Below are positions 1-11,981 of a stretch of 64,000 nt of DNA, one piece after another. The stretch is taken from positions 14,136,001 to 14,200,000 of the forward strand of contig CATNEN010000039.1 of assembly GCA_950097015.1 (NCBI GenBank), written 5' to 3'. The notes under the pieces are model-generated. The model was not told the origin of the DNA. It did no database searches and saw only the letters and a list, made by a program, of their open reading frames with translations. The DNA comes from Macrostomum hystrix (lineage: Eukaryota; Animalia; Platyhelminthes). The stretch's first letter is position 1. Each line of letters begins with the position of its first letter. The position numbers were made by a program, and so were the translations under genes.

Positions 1-733
1 CAATCCTCTATTATCAGACCACACGTGAGAATCGTTTCCCATTTTACCATGAGAAATATCTTGATGAGAAAATACTGACGTCAATGCTAAATCAAACAGG
101 CTTGCAAACGGGCTTAGCAACTAGGAATTAGAATCTGCTCAGTGTTGGCGACTATCCATTTTTCCTTTGTCCCGGGATGTTGAATTTATTATGTTTTTCA
201 TTGGCATTCTCCCTTTGATCCTGCTATGCTCTCTGCACCTCTGTCACTCTCCCACTGAAATGGACAAATGACATCTAGTAGTAACCGAGAAGGATTGTCT
301 ACTCGCCCAACCGTTATCCCATTTCCCATTTCCCAATCGCTTAAGCCAGTTTTCACCAACATTTATCCCACAGATATTTCATCTCTGTCAGTCAGGTCTT
401 TGTTCTCGTTTGAGTTGGCTCACAGAAGCAGATAAATTGCTCTAATGCTTTGATATTTATCTCCCTTTTTTAGTGGAGCACGCGATGTGTTTCCGTTCCG
501 GTTAGCAACTAGCTAAATGACAGGTAGAACTGCAACCAATAATTCCAGACACTCTTTTGATTTAAAACACTGATTTTTCTGAGGTCAACAATACTTAAAG
601 CGCTTTTTATTTTGCTTTCTTGCAATTTCAACGTCGAAAAAATAGACACTGCCGCTGTTAGTAGCATGTAGTGCAAGCGGATGCATTATGTTGACAATTA
701 TATTAACCTTCCGTATCCAAAACGAATGCCCGC

Positions 734-1940
734 ATAAGTTCAACGCACTGCTCAATAAGTTCAACGCACTGCTCAATAAGTTCAACGCACTGCTCAATAA
801 GTTCAACGCACTGCTCAATAAGTTCAACGCACTGCTCAATAAGTTCAATGACACTGCTCAATAAGTTCAACGCACTGCTCAATAAGTTCAACGCACTGCT
901 CAATAAGTTCAACGCACTGCTCAATAAGTTCAACGCACTGCTCAATAAGTTCAACGCACTGCTCAATAAGTTCAACGCACTGCTCAATAAGTTCAATGAC
1001 ACTGCTCAATAAATTCAACGCACTGCTCAATAAGTTCAACGCACTGCTCAATAAGTTCAACGCACTGCTCAATAAGTTCAACGCACTGCTCAATAAGTTC
1101 AACGCACTGCTCAATAAGTTCAACGCACTGCTCAATAAGTTCAACGCACTGCTCAATAAGTTCAACGCACTGTTCAATAAGTTCAATGACACTGCTCAAT
1201 AAGTTCAACGCACTGCTCAATAAGTTCAACGCACTGCTCAATAAGTTCAATGACACTGCTCAATAAGTTCAACGCACTGCTCAATAAGTTCAATGACACT
1301 GCTCAATAAGTTCAACGCACTGCTCAATAAGTTCAACGCACTGCTCAATAAGTTCAACGCACTGCTCAATAAGTTCAATGACACTGCTCAATAAGTTCAA
1401 CGCACTGCTCAATAAGTTCAATGACACTGCTCAATAAGTTCAACGCACTGCTCAATAAGTTCAACGCACTGCTCAATAAGTTCAACGCACTGCTCAATAA
1501 GTTCAACGCACTGCTCAATAAGTTCAACGCACTGCTCAATAAGTTCAACGCACTGCTCAATAAGTTCAACGCACTGCTCAATAAGTTCAACGCACTGCTC
1601 AATAAGTTCAACGCACTGCTCAATAAGTTCAATGACACTGCTCAATAAGTTCAACGCACTGCTCAATAAGTTCAACGCACTGCTCAATAAGTTCAACGCA
1701 CTGCTCAATAAGTTCAACACACTGCTCAATAAGTTCAATGACACTGCTCAATAAGTTCAACGCACTGCTCAATAAGTTCAACGCACTGCTCAATAAGTTC
1801 AACGCACTGCTCAATAAGTTCAACACACTGCTCAATAAGTTCAATGACACTGCTCAATAAGTTCAATGACACTGCTCAATAAGTTCAACACACTGCTCAA
1901 TAAGTTCAATGACACTGCTCAATAAGTTCAATGACACTGC
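734..1940. repeat. 21-bp minisatellite (ATAAGTTCAACGCACTGCTCA) with interspersed 22-bp variant
   Basis: Visible tandem array; explains all LLSSALN/ELIEQCV ORFs. Confidence 0.97.
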
Positions 1941-2004
1941 TTCTCTTAAAGCGGGCATACAGTTTCGAACTGTATCTAAGAGATTTCAAATCGTGGCTTC
2001 AAAC

Positions 2005-2277
2005 ATGTCTAACAGATGCCAATTGTGTCTAACAGATGCCAATTGTGTCTAACAGACGCCAATTGTGTCTAACAGATGCCAATCGTGTCTAACACGCGCC
2101 AATCGTGTCTAACAGACGCCAATCGTGTCTAACAGACGCCAATCGTGTCTAACAGACGTCACACGTGTCTAACAGATGCCAAGTGTCTAACAGATGCCAA
2201 GTGTCTAACAGACGCCAAATGTGTCTAACACACGCCAATCATGTCTAACAGACGCCAAACGTGTCTAACAGATGCCA
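2005..2277. repeat. ~20-bp minisatellite (GTGTCTAACAGAYGCCAATY)
   Basis: Tandem units with GTCTAACA core. Confidence 0.92.
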
Positions 2278-2937
2278 GATGTCAACTTACTTAGATTTGC
2301 TAGCCCTGTAACAGTACCATGAAAGGCATGCTTACCTTTGTAGCTCCAGTAGAGAAAATTTATGTTTTTTCGGACTGAAAAAAATCTGGATTTTAAATGA
2401 ATCGAAAGTTCCATTTAGCAAACTTACTTGAAAATATCGCAAGCAGAAAAGTAATAAAACATGCGTATTTATACTGTTATATAAGCAGGTGTGCATGGGT
2501 ACACAACCCTCACCTGCAATGCCCAATTAGCATTCGACTCTAAATAATTATGAAAGTAGTATCATAGAGGCCAGATATTTTAGTTGGCTAAAGCTCAGAG
2601 ATTACAGAGCCCAGGGCACACTTTAAGCTATGCGCGACGCTTATGATTTTTTGCTAATAAAAATTTGCTTTCAACTTATTTTCAGTTTTTTGTCGCCGAA
2701 TTGTATCGAACAGCGACGCTAAACAGATCTGGGGCGAAACCTGCTACGTGAAACACTTCAAACTGCCTTTCTTAGAAATCACTTTTAAGCGCATAATCGT
2801 TTCGTCGAAATCTTGCTGCGTACAGGAAACACTGTCTAACAGAAGAGACAATTGTTTCTTCTTCTAAGAGAAGAAACAATATGTCTAACAGGATGTCTAA
2901 TAGCAGACACTGTGTCTATCAGGAGACAGTTTAACAG

Positions 2938-3763
2938 AATGTCTAACAGGAGACACTGTCTAACAGCATGTCTAACAGGAGACACTGTCTAACAGCATGT
3001 CTAATAGGAGACACTGTCTAACAGCATGTCTAACAGGAGACACTGTCTAACAGCATGTCTAATAGGAGACACTGTCTAACAGCATGTCTAACAGGAGACA
3101 CTGTCTAACAGCATGTCTAACAGGAGACACTGTCTAACAGCATGTCTAATAGGAGACACTGTCTAACAGCATGTCTAACAGGAGACACTGTCTAACAGCA
3201 TGTCTAACAGGAGACACTGTCTAACAGCATGTCTAACAGGAGACACTGTCTAACAGCATGTCTAATAGGAGACACTGTCTAACAGCATGTCTAATAGGAG
3301 ACACTGTCTAACAGCATGTCTAATAGGAGACACTGTCTAACAGCATGTCTAATAGGAGACACTGTCTAACAGCATGTCTAATAGGAGACACTGTCTAACA
3401 GCATGTCTAACAGGAGACACTGTCTAACAGCATGTCTAATAGGAGACACTGTCTAACAGCATGTCTAACAGGAGACACTGTCTAACAGCATGTCTAACAG
3501 GAGACACTGTCTAACAGCATGTCTAATAGGAGACACTGTCTAACAGCATGTCTAACAGGAGACACTGTCTAACAGCATGTCTAACAGGAGACACTGTCTA
3601 ACAGCATGTCTAACAGGAGACACTGTCTAACAGCATGTCTAATAGGAGACACTGTCTAACAGCATGTCTAACAGGAGACACTGTCTAACAGCATGTCTAA
3701 TAGGAGACACTGTCTAACAGCATGTCTAACAGGAGACACTGTCTAACAGCATGTCTAACAGGA
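2938..3763. repeat. 29-bp dimeric minisatellite (GTCTAACAGGAGACACT + GTCTAACAGCAT)
   Basis: Tandem array of alternating 17+12 bp subunits, both with the GTCTAA core; degenerate flanks 2830-3875. Confidence 0.95.
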
Positions 3764-4351
3764 TAGACGGTTAAACAGAATGTCTAACAGGATTTCTTAT
3801 AGAAGACACTGTCTAAAAATATATCTAACAGGAGGCACTGTGTCTAACTGTATGTCTAACAGGATATCTAACACGTCTCACAGTATAACAGGCAAAGGGC
3901 TAAATAGTCAAATCTAAACAGTATTCTCATTTAAAAAGGTATTGTATGGGTTTTTTGTTGGTTCTGTTTTCTTACTGTTCCTAATTAAAATTCCAAGAAT
4001 TCGTGCTCCAAAATAGCAGCCACTTCTGCGCAAGAGGGCAATCGTGAAGCATTGTGGCCATGCCGAAGACTTTCAAATCTGGTGGCATTATTAGCGAGTT
4101 CAGGCCGATACTGTTGAAGACACGGCACGGGTGCGCAGATACTAATGAAAGCTTTTTGCACAGCAGAAAAATTTCTTCAAAAATGCAGGTATTGGTAAAT
4201 AACCGCTTGCTATTAGTGATACTTTGTTTGCCTATTATAACCGCGAATTCACTGAAAACTGTGCAAATCAAAGTTATTTTATTTACACCCACACACTTGA
4301 TCTTCATCTAGTGACTTATCACGTGACAATTCACAGTAATAAAGTGATATC

Positions 4352-4636
4352 TCACATTGATCAAATGACATTTTCAAATAGATAACGTGACATTTTCACA
4401 TTGATCACGTGACATTTTCACATTGATCACGTGACTTTTCATATTGATCACGTGACATCTTCACATTGATCACGTGCCATTTCCACATTGATCACGTGAC
4501 ATTTTCACTTTGATCACGTGACATTTTCACATTGATCACGTGACATTTTCACATTGATCACGTGACACTTTCACATTGATCACGTGACACTTTCACATTG
4601 ATCACGTGACACTTTCACATTGATCACTTGACACTT
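4352..4636. repeat. 22-bp minisatellite (CACATTGATCACGTGACATTTT) containing palindromic E-box TCACGTGA
   Basis: About a dozen tandem units. Confidence 0.92.
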
Positions 4637-5246
4637 TCCCCCTGATTGCACGACGATTCACCTTGCGGCAAGGCGTTGCGTCAGTTTGTTCTGAAATAAA
4701 AAAGCGAAATAAAAAACTCTGCGAACAGTACAGCAGTTACATAACGTTGTAATGACATTGAGTATTACTGTCTAGTTAAGGGATCGGAGATTTGGGATTA
4801 ATACATGAGGATTTGAATTTGGAATTACAGTTCAGGTTGAGGATTGGGGATTAAACAATTATCTTGTCGACGGATCGATGGCGTGGGATACGACTGGTTA
4901 AAGGATTGCAGATTTGGGATTAATCTATTTGGGGGATCGGATTTGCGATTGCTCTAACTGAGGGATCGGAGATTGGAGATCACAGTCTATGTTGCGGGTT
5001 AGGGATTTGGGATAACAATAAAGTTGAGATTTTGGATGAGAGTTTAACTGAGATCAGGGATTTAGGATTTGAGATTAGAGTCTGAAGGCCGACAGGGGTA
5101 AGTCAAAAGTGTTAATTCAATCCTCTTACCTGTTTCTTATTAGCCGTTGCAGTGCCAACATACTCTTTACTTGTTGCGGGAAGTTGTTGCCTGAGTTCGA
5201 TTCCTGCCTCATCGGCCGCTTCCTGAATAAGCGAGTCAACCTGAGT

Positions 5247-6850
5247 GAGGATCTTGCCATCGTGTATGAGGATCTGGCGTTTGTGTATGAGGATCTGGCG
5301 TTTGTGTATGAGGATCTGGCGTTTGTGTATGAGGATCTGGCGTTTGTGTATGAGGACCTGGCGTTTGTGTATGAGGATCTGGCGTTTGTGTATGAGGATC
5401 TTTCTATCGTGTATGAGGATCAGGCGTTTGTGTATGAGGATCTGGCGTTTGTGTATGAGGATCTGGCGTTTGTGTATGAGAATCTAGCGTGCATTTGTGT
5501 ATGAGGATCTGGCGTTTGTGTATGAGGATCCGGAGTTTGTGTATGAGGATCTGGCGTGCGTTTGTGTATGAGGATCCGGAGTTTGTGTATGAGATCTGGC
5601 GTGCGTTTGTGTATGAGGATCTGGCGCGCGTTTGTGTATGAGGTGTTGTGAATGGCCTATGTGCACACTTGCTCATAGTGTACATATGTAATCAATGTAC
5701 ATGTGAGGTTCAATAATATATATACACGGCTCTCGCTACGCGAGAGAGCACCCTCACCCTTGGTTAACTGGACTTGGCCTCGCCTCGCTTATTTGGCTAG
5801 CAGCCACAACACTGGCATCGCAAGCAGGGGTTAGAGCAAACCCCCCAAACCAGCGCAGTCCAGCCAATCAACTCACGGCAGCCAGGCCCACTAAGCGACT
5901 TTCGCACTCATACGGCACTCACAACTGCAAGTCAGCCAGTTGAGCCAATCGGAAATGGGTAGCACTGAGAATGCCACAGCGCCAGCACTACGCCTGAACC
6001 TCAGAGAACCTCCACCATTTCTGGACAACCCAGGAACACCTGCAGTTTCGTGGGAAATCTGGGCCGCTGAGTTTGACACCTACCTGCTAGCATCCGGAAT
6101 CGATAGCCTGCAAGAAGCCAGGAAGATTGCGCTGCTCACCCACTGCCTTGGGCGCGAAGGAGTACGAATCTACCGGACTCTCTCGGCTGACCAGGAAACG
6201 GCTCCGACAACACTAACAGCGGCATGCGATCTCCTGAAGCAGCACTTCCAGCCAGCAGTGAGCGTGTAAGCCAAGAGGCACGAATTCCGGAAGTGCGTCC
6301 AGCGAAGCGCCGAAGGCGTGCAAGCCTTTGTGGCAAATCTGCGCCATGCCGCCAAGGACTGCCAGTTTGGAGTCCTCCATGACGACCTCATCCTGGACCA
6401 GCTGATCTTTGGCACCTCGTCCTCACAATGGCGTGCGTTTGTGTATGAGGATCCGGAGTTTGTGTATGAGATCTGGCGTGCGTCTGTGTATGAGGATCTG
6501 GCGTGCGTTTGTGTATGAGGATCTGGCGTGCGTTTGTGTATGAGGATCTGGCGTTTGTGTATGAGGATCTGGCGTTTGCGTATGAGGATCCGGCGTTTAT
6601 GTATGAGGATCTGGCGTTTGTGTATGAGGATCTGGCGTTTGTGTATGAGGATCCGGCGTTTGTGTATGAGGATCTGGCGTTTGTGTATGAGGATCTGGCG
6701 TTTGTGTATGAGGATCTTGCCATCGTGTATGAGGATCTGGCGTTTGTGTATGAGGATCTGGCGTTTGTGTATGAGGATCTGGAGTTTGTGTATGAGGATC
6801 TGGCGTTTGTGTATGAGGATTTGCCGTTTGTGAATGAGGATCTGCCATTT
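5247..6850. repeat. 21-bp minisatellite (GTGTATGAGGATCTGGCGTTT), split by a gypsy insertion at 5644-6428
   Basis: Arrays at 5247-5643 and 6429-6850 share the unit; source of the YEDLAFV ORFs. Confidence 0.95.
5644..6428 (+). mobile_element. Truncated Ty3/gypsy (Mag-like) element: 5' LTR, PBS and gag remnant
   Basis: LTR 5644-5811 bounded by TGTTGTG...CACAACA; TGG-starting PBS-like site at 5813; gag-like PPPF..W..W...FDTYL..KIALL.HCLG..and HEF...Q...E.V..FVA.LR..A..CQF...DQLIFG with an internal stop at 6267-6269. Confidence 0.8.
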
Positions 6851-7184
6851 GTGAAATTGGGATCTGCCATTTGTGAAATTGGGATCTGCCATTTGTGAAA
6901 TTGGGATCCGCCATTTGGGGGTGGTGTACGTGGGGCGGGGGTTGGCGCATGGTTGTGCGTACATTACTGGGGTTGGGGTGGTAGGGAAAGCCCAGCTGGT
7001 CATGTGGGTTATTGACGGCAAAAAACTTGCCAATTATGACTGTGGCGTCTTAAATGTTGCTTAAAAGTGGTCGATACGGCTGAAGTATTGGTCAAATGAT
7101 GATTAAGCGGCTTAACTGGTAGATTACCGAAAAAAAGTCACGTGACAGCCCACGTGGCTAGTGTACAATTAAGTTGCTCATGCG

Positions 7185-7560
7185 GCTTAAATATTGTATA
7201 GGAGATGGACTGCTCAAATACTGAATAGAGGATGGACTGCTCAAATATTGGATAGGGGATGGACTGCTCACATACTGGATAGGCGATGGACTGCTCAAAT
7301 ACTGGATAGGGGATGGACTGCTCAAATACTGGATAGGGGATGGATCATGGACTGCCCAAAAACTGGATAGGGGATGGATCATGGACTGCTCAAATACTGG
7401 ATAGGGGATGGACTGCTCAAATACTGGATAGGGGATGGATCATGGACTGCTCAAATACTGGATAGGGATGGACTGCTCAAATACTGGATAGGGATGGACT
7501 GCTCAAATACTGGATAGGGGATGGACTGCTCAAATACAAGATAAGAGATGGACAACTCAA
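7185..7560. repeat. 27-bp minisatellite (GGATGGACTGCTCAAATACTGGATAGG)
   Basis: Tandem units; shares the ACTGCTCAA core with the array at 734. Confidence 0.9.
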
Positions 7561-8354
7561 ATAATTGATAGCTAGGTAGAGCGACAGTGCTTAAATGCTC
7601 GAGGCTGTCAGGTTGGCTTCCTAAGTGAGAATTAAACGCCAATTATTTATTAATTTGCGAAACCCTTTAAGCACTACTTTTAGTAGTTCGAAGAAGTGAA
7701 AAAAAACAATCATCGATCATTGTCATTGCCACAAATATAGTCAGACAGTAGAGAGCGCAGATGGAACAAGTCTAACCGGATGTTTAATATATTATTTTTT
7801 TAAATTAACCACGCAGTCAAACAAGGAAAACTAGAAGAAAAGGAGAACAAGATTAATAGATTACAATAATAATAGAAAGTGAATGATCGAACGACACAAA
7901 CTGATTAATAAAACAACAACAAACTGAAATTAATAAAGTTACTATTAGATATTTAAACAATAGCAAATTATGAAGACCGAGAATATTAATTAGGCATGAC
8001 TAAAAAAGCAGATAATATTAAAACAGGTCGGGGCAGTGTAATTTGAAAATTATGCACTGACAATTTACACCCATCTAGCCCAAAGAATAGTGACAAACAA
8101 AAATCATAGATTATGTTTTAGATTTAACAAAAAAACTCACGCACATTGCAAATTATTTGTTGTATAAAACCACACGGCCTAATTTTCTAATTTACATAGC
8201 TACACGTCGAAAAAACATACTTAGGTTTGTTTTTGAACAGATTTCTTGTGATATAATTGATTCAAGGAATTTGGCAAGTTTTTAGTGGGATCTAGGTTTC
8301 TATGAATTCAGAGATTTTTTAAATTAACGAAGGCTTTAAAGGGATCTGCGAAGG

Positions 8355-8745
8355 TTTCAAAGAAACTATCAGTGTTTCTAATAAACTGTGAATGTTTCTA
8401 AGAAACTGTGAATGTTTCTAATAAACTGTGAATGTTTCAAAGAAACTATCAGTGTTTCTAAGAAACTGTGAATGTTTCTAAGAAACTGTGAATGTTTATA
8501 ATAAACTGTGAATGTTTCAAAGAAACTGTGAATGTTTCAAAGAAACTGTGAATGATTATAAGAGATGAAACTGTGAAGGCTTCAAGAAACATTCACGGTT
8601 TCTAAGAAACGCAGAAGGTTTCTAAGAAACACTGAAGGTTTCTAAGAAACGCAGAAGGTTTCTAAGAAACACTGAAGGTTTCTAAGAAACACTGAAGGTT
8701 TCTAAGAAACGGTGAAGGTTTTTAAGAAACGGTGAAGGTTTCTTG
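8355..8745. repeat. 20-bp minisatellite (AGAAACTGTGAATGTTTCTA and variants)
   Basis: Tandem units with internal AGAAAC/GTTTCT inverted symmetry. Confidence 0.88.
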
Positions 8746-8960
8746 GAAAGCGTCTTTTTGATTCTATGATTTTGTGAAGGTTTCTATGGATTAGACAAAT
8801 TATCTAGAGCATGGGGTACAGATCAAACAATATTTGTAACGAAGACCTGCAAAGTTAAAAAACCCAAATCATAAACAAACACGAGCACTACAATTAAAAA
8901 GTGCAAAAAACACCCACGCCATAAGACGACTGACGGCTGACTGACACGAAAATTACTGGC

Positions 8961-11900
8961 TTAATAATCAAGGCTTGGTGCCGCCTCGCCGTTGCGCCGA
9001 TCTCGCGACCGACTGCGAACTGAGCGATCGCGACGGCTGCCTCGATCGCGCCTGTCCCGGTCCCTGTCGCGGTCCCTGTCTCGGTCTCGGTCTCGGTCCC
9101 GATCGCGATCCCGCTCCCTGTCACGATCCCGATCCCGATCGCGCTCCCTGTCCCGATCTCGATCCCGATCGCGGCCGCGCGACCGAGAACTTCTGCCGGC
9201 GCGATCCCGATCCCTGTCCCGATCGCGATCCTTAGACCGGTCACGACCGGAGCGAGCGTTCTGCTCCGGCGGGCCGCGCCTAGTCGAGCCCAGACCGCCG
9301 CCTAGTCTCCTCGGACGCCAATTCTTGATGGTCCGAGCCCGCTCGGCGTCGACTAAAACTCGACGGCCGTCAATTTTCTTGCCCTCGGCATGCTTGTAAG
9401 CCGTGTGCATGTCGCGGTCGTGCTCGAATTCGATAAAAGCGTAGCCGCGTGGCTTGTCTGGGATAAACAAGCGGAGAGTTTTCAACCAGATGGGATTTAA
9501 GTAATAAAACTAGGTGGGATTTGAGTAATAAAACTAGGTGGGATTTGAGTAATAAAACTAGGTGGGATTTGAGTATTAAAACTAGGTGGGATTTGAGTAT
9601 TAAAACTAGGTGGGATTTGAGTAATAAAACTTGGTGGGATTAGAGTAATAAACTAGGTTGGATTTGAGTAATGAACTAGGTGGGATTTGAGTAATAAACC
9701 TGGTGGGATTTGAGTAATAAACTTGGTGGGATTTAAGTAATAAACTTGATGGGTTTTGAGTAATAAACCAAGTGGGATTTGAGTGATAAACTTGATGGGA
9801 TTTGAGTAATAAACTTGATGGGATTTGAGTAATAAACTAGGTGGGATTTTAGTAATAAACTTGGTGGGATTTAAGTAATAAACTTGATGGGTTTTGAGTA
9901 ATAAACCAAGTGGGATTTGAGTAATAAACCAAGTGGGATTTGAGTAATAAACCTGGTGGGATTTGAGTAATAAACTTGGTGGGATTTAAGTAATAAACTT
10001 GATGGGTTTTGAGTAATAAACCAAGTGGGATTTGAGTAATAAACTTGGTGGGATTTAAGTAATAAACTTGATGGGATTTGAGTAATAAACCTGGTGGGAT
10101 TTGAGAAATTAACTAGGTGGGATTTGAGTAATAAACTTGATGGGTTTTGAGTAATAAACCAAGTGGGATTTGAGTAATAAACTTGGTGGGATTTAAGTAA
10201 TAAACTTGATGGGATTTGAGTAATAAACTAGGTGGGATTTGAGTAATAAACTTGATGGGATTTGAGTAATAAACTTGATGGGTTTTGAGTAATAAACCAA
10301 GTGGGGTTTGAGTAATAAACTTGGTGGGATTTAAGTAATAAACTTGATGGGATTTGAGTAATAAACTTGATGGGTTTTGAGTAATAAACCAAGTGGGATT
10401 TGAGTAATAAACTTGGTGGGATTTAAGTAATAAACTTGATGGGATTTGAGTAATAAACCTGGTGGGATTTGAGAAATTAACTAGGTGGGATTTGAGTGAT
10501 AAACCTGGTGGGATTTGAGCAATAAACTTGGTGGGATTTGAGTAATAAACTTGATGGGTTTTGAGTAATAAACCAAGTGGGATTTGAGTAATAAACTAGG
10601 TGGGATTTGAGTAATAAACCAAGTGGGATTTAAGTAATAAACTAGTTGGGATTTGAGTAATAAACCAAGTGGGATTTGAGTAATAAACTAGGTGGGATTT
10701 GAGTAATAAACCAAGTGGGATTTGAGTAATAAACTAGGTGGGATTTTAGTAATAAACCAAGTGGGATTTGAGTAATAAACTAGGTGGGATTTTAGTAATA
10801 AACTAGGTGGGATTTGAGTAATAAACTAGGTGGGATTTTAGTAATAAACCAAGTGGGATTTAAGTAATAAACTAGTTGGGATTTGAGTAATAAACCAAGT
10901 GGGATTTGAGTAATAAACTAGGTGGGATTTTAGTAATAAACCAAGTGGGATTTGAGTAATAAACTAGGTGGGATTTTAGTAATAAACCAAGTGGGATTTG
11001 AGTAATAAACTAGGTGGGATTTTAGTAATAAACTAGGTGGGATTTTAGTAACAAGTGTAGACAGGTAGGGATCTAAGGATTAAACTACGTGTATATCTAG
11101 AGTAAAGATCAGAGTATTTAGCTAGGTGATAATGTCGTCAGTTTTTGAGTATGTTGGGATTTACAACTAACCTGACGTTTCTCAGTTCAATTCTAAAGGC
11201 CTTCTAGACTAGCCCAGATCTGAGACTATCTCACCTGTCCGACGATCGTTTACAATTCGGACTGTGCGAATCGGGCCATAAGTTTCAAACTCGCGACGCA
11301 GCTTAGCCTCGGTTGTATCGTAATCGATGCGAGCTATGAACAGCGTATTGAAGGGATCGCTGGTGGCGTCCGGGTTGGAATGGGGATCCCACATGGCCAG
11401 GTCCTGCGTTGAACGCGTGACACATATTAGATGCTTGTACAAAAAATCACATTTTTACTGACTATGAAATATTTGTTCACTGACTCTATGAAGTCTTTGT
11501 TTCTTAATATCTTGAAGTCCTTGTTTCTGGACTATATTAAATGCATTCTTATTTAACCTTATAGAAGTCTATCTTCATTAACTTTACAAAAAATACTTAA
11601 CTTTCTAAAGCCTTCGTTCTTAAATTTTATTGAAATCTTTGTTTCTTAAACTTACTAAGCTTTCATTTCTTAACTATGTTCCACAGCAAATCTCGTCACT
11701 ACCAGTCCTTCGTTTAATAAAAATGTTTGCCAAACCTGCTCAAGTTTGTAAGCTGCCTGCTCTTGTCTCTCCTTATTGCGTCGTTCTCGACGTTCGTCGC
11801 GACTTTCAATTTTAGCAGCCGGCGGCGTATCCTTTGGATCTTCGAATTCGGTTAAGAATTGGGCCACCCCAGTGTAGGGCAGGCTGCGATAGTGGGCCGG

Positions 11901-11981
11901 CCGTTCCGCTGGTGGCAGATAAGGTAGCGGGTCGCGCGGCGCAAATAGGGCCAGCAAATTAGGCGGCAGGTATTGCGTCAT
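8961..11981 (-). CDS. SNRNP70: U1 small nuclear ribonucleoprotein 70 kDa; exons 11981-11736, 11403-11235, 9457-8961 (303 aa)
   Basis: Diagnostic N-terminus [24 protein letters not shown]; RRM with TLFIARI and [12 protein letters not shown]; [26 protein letters not shown]; RD/RS tail; GT-AG introns (phase 0 and 1) join the three ORFs in frame. Confidence 0.97.
9489..11050. repeat. ~22-bp minisatellite (GTGGGATTTGAGTAATAAACTAG and variants) filling SNRNP70 intron 2
   Basis: Tandem array occupying most of the 1777-bp intron. Confidence 0.95.

Noticed and set aside
585-1850. Many low-complexity ORFs over minisatellites (also 5109-7033, 28482-29219, 35792-36692, 44639-45472, 52688-53162, 63280-63934)
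   Set aside because: Stop-free repeat units give ORFs in several frames and strands; no signal peptide, splice context or domain
8992-9399. RS-rich ORF on the + strand
   Set aside because: Antisense mirror of the SNRNP70 RD repeats
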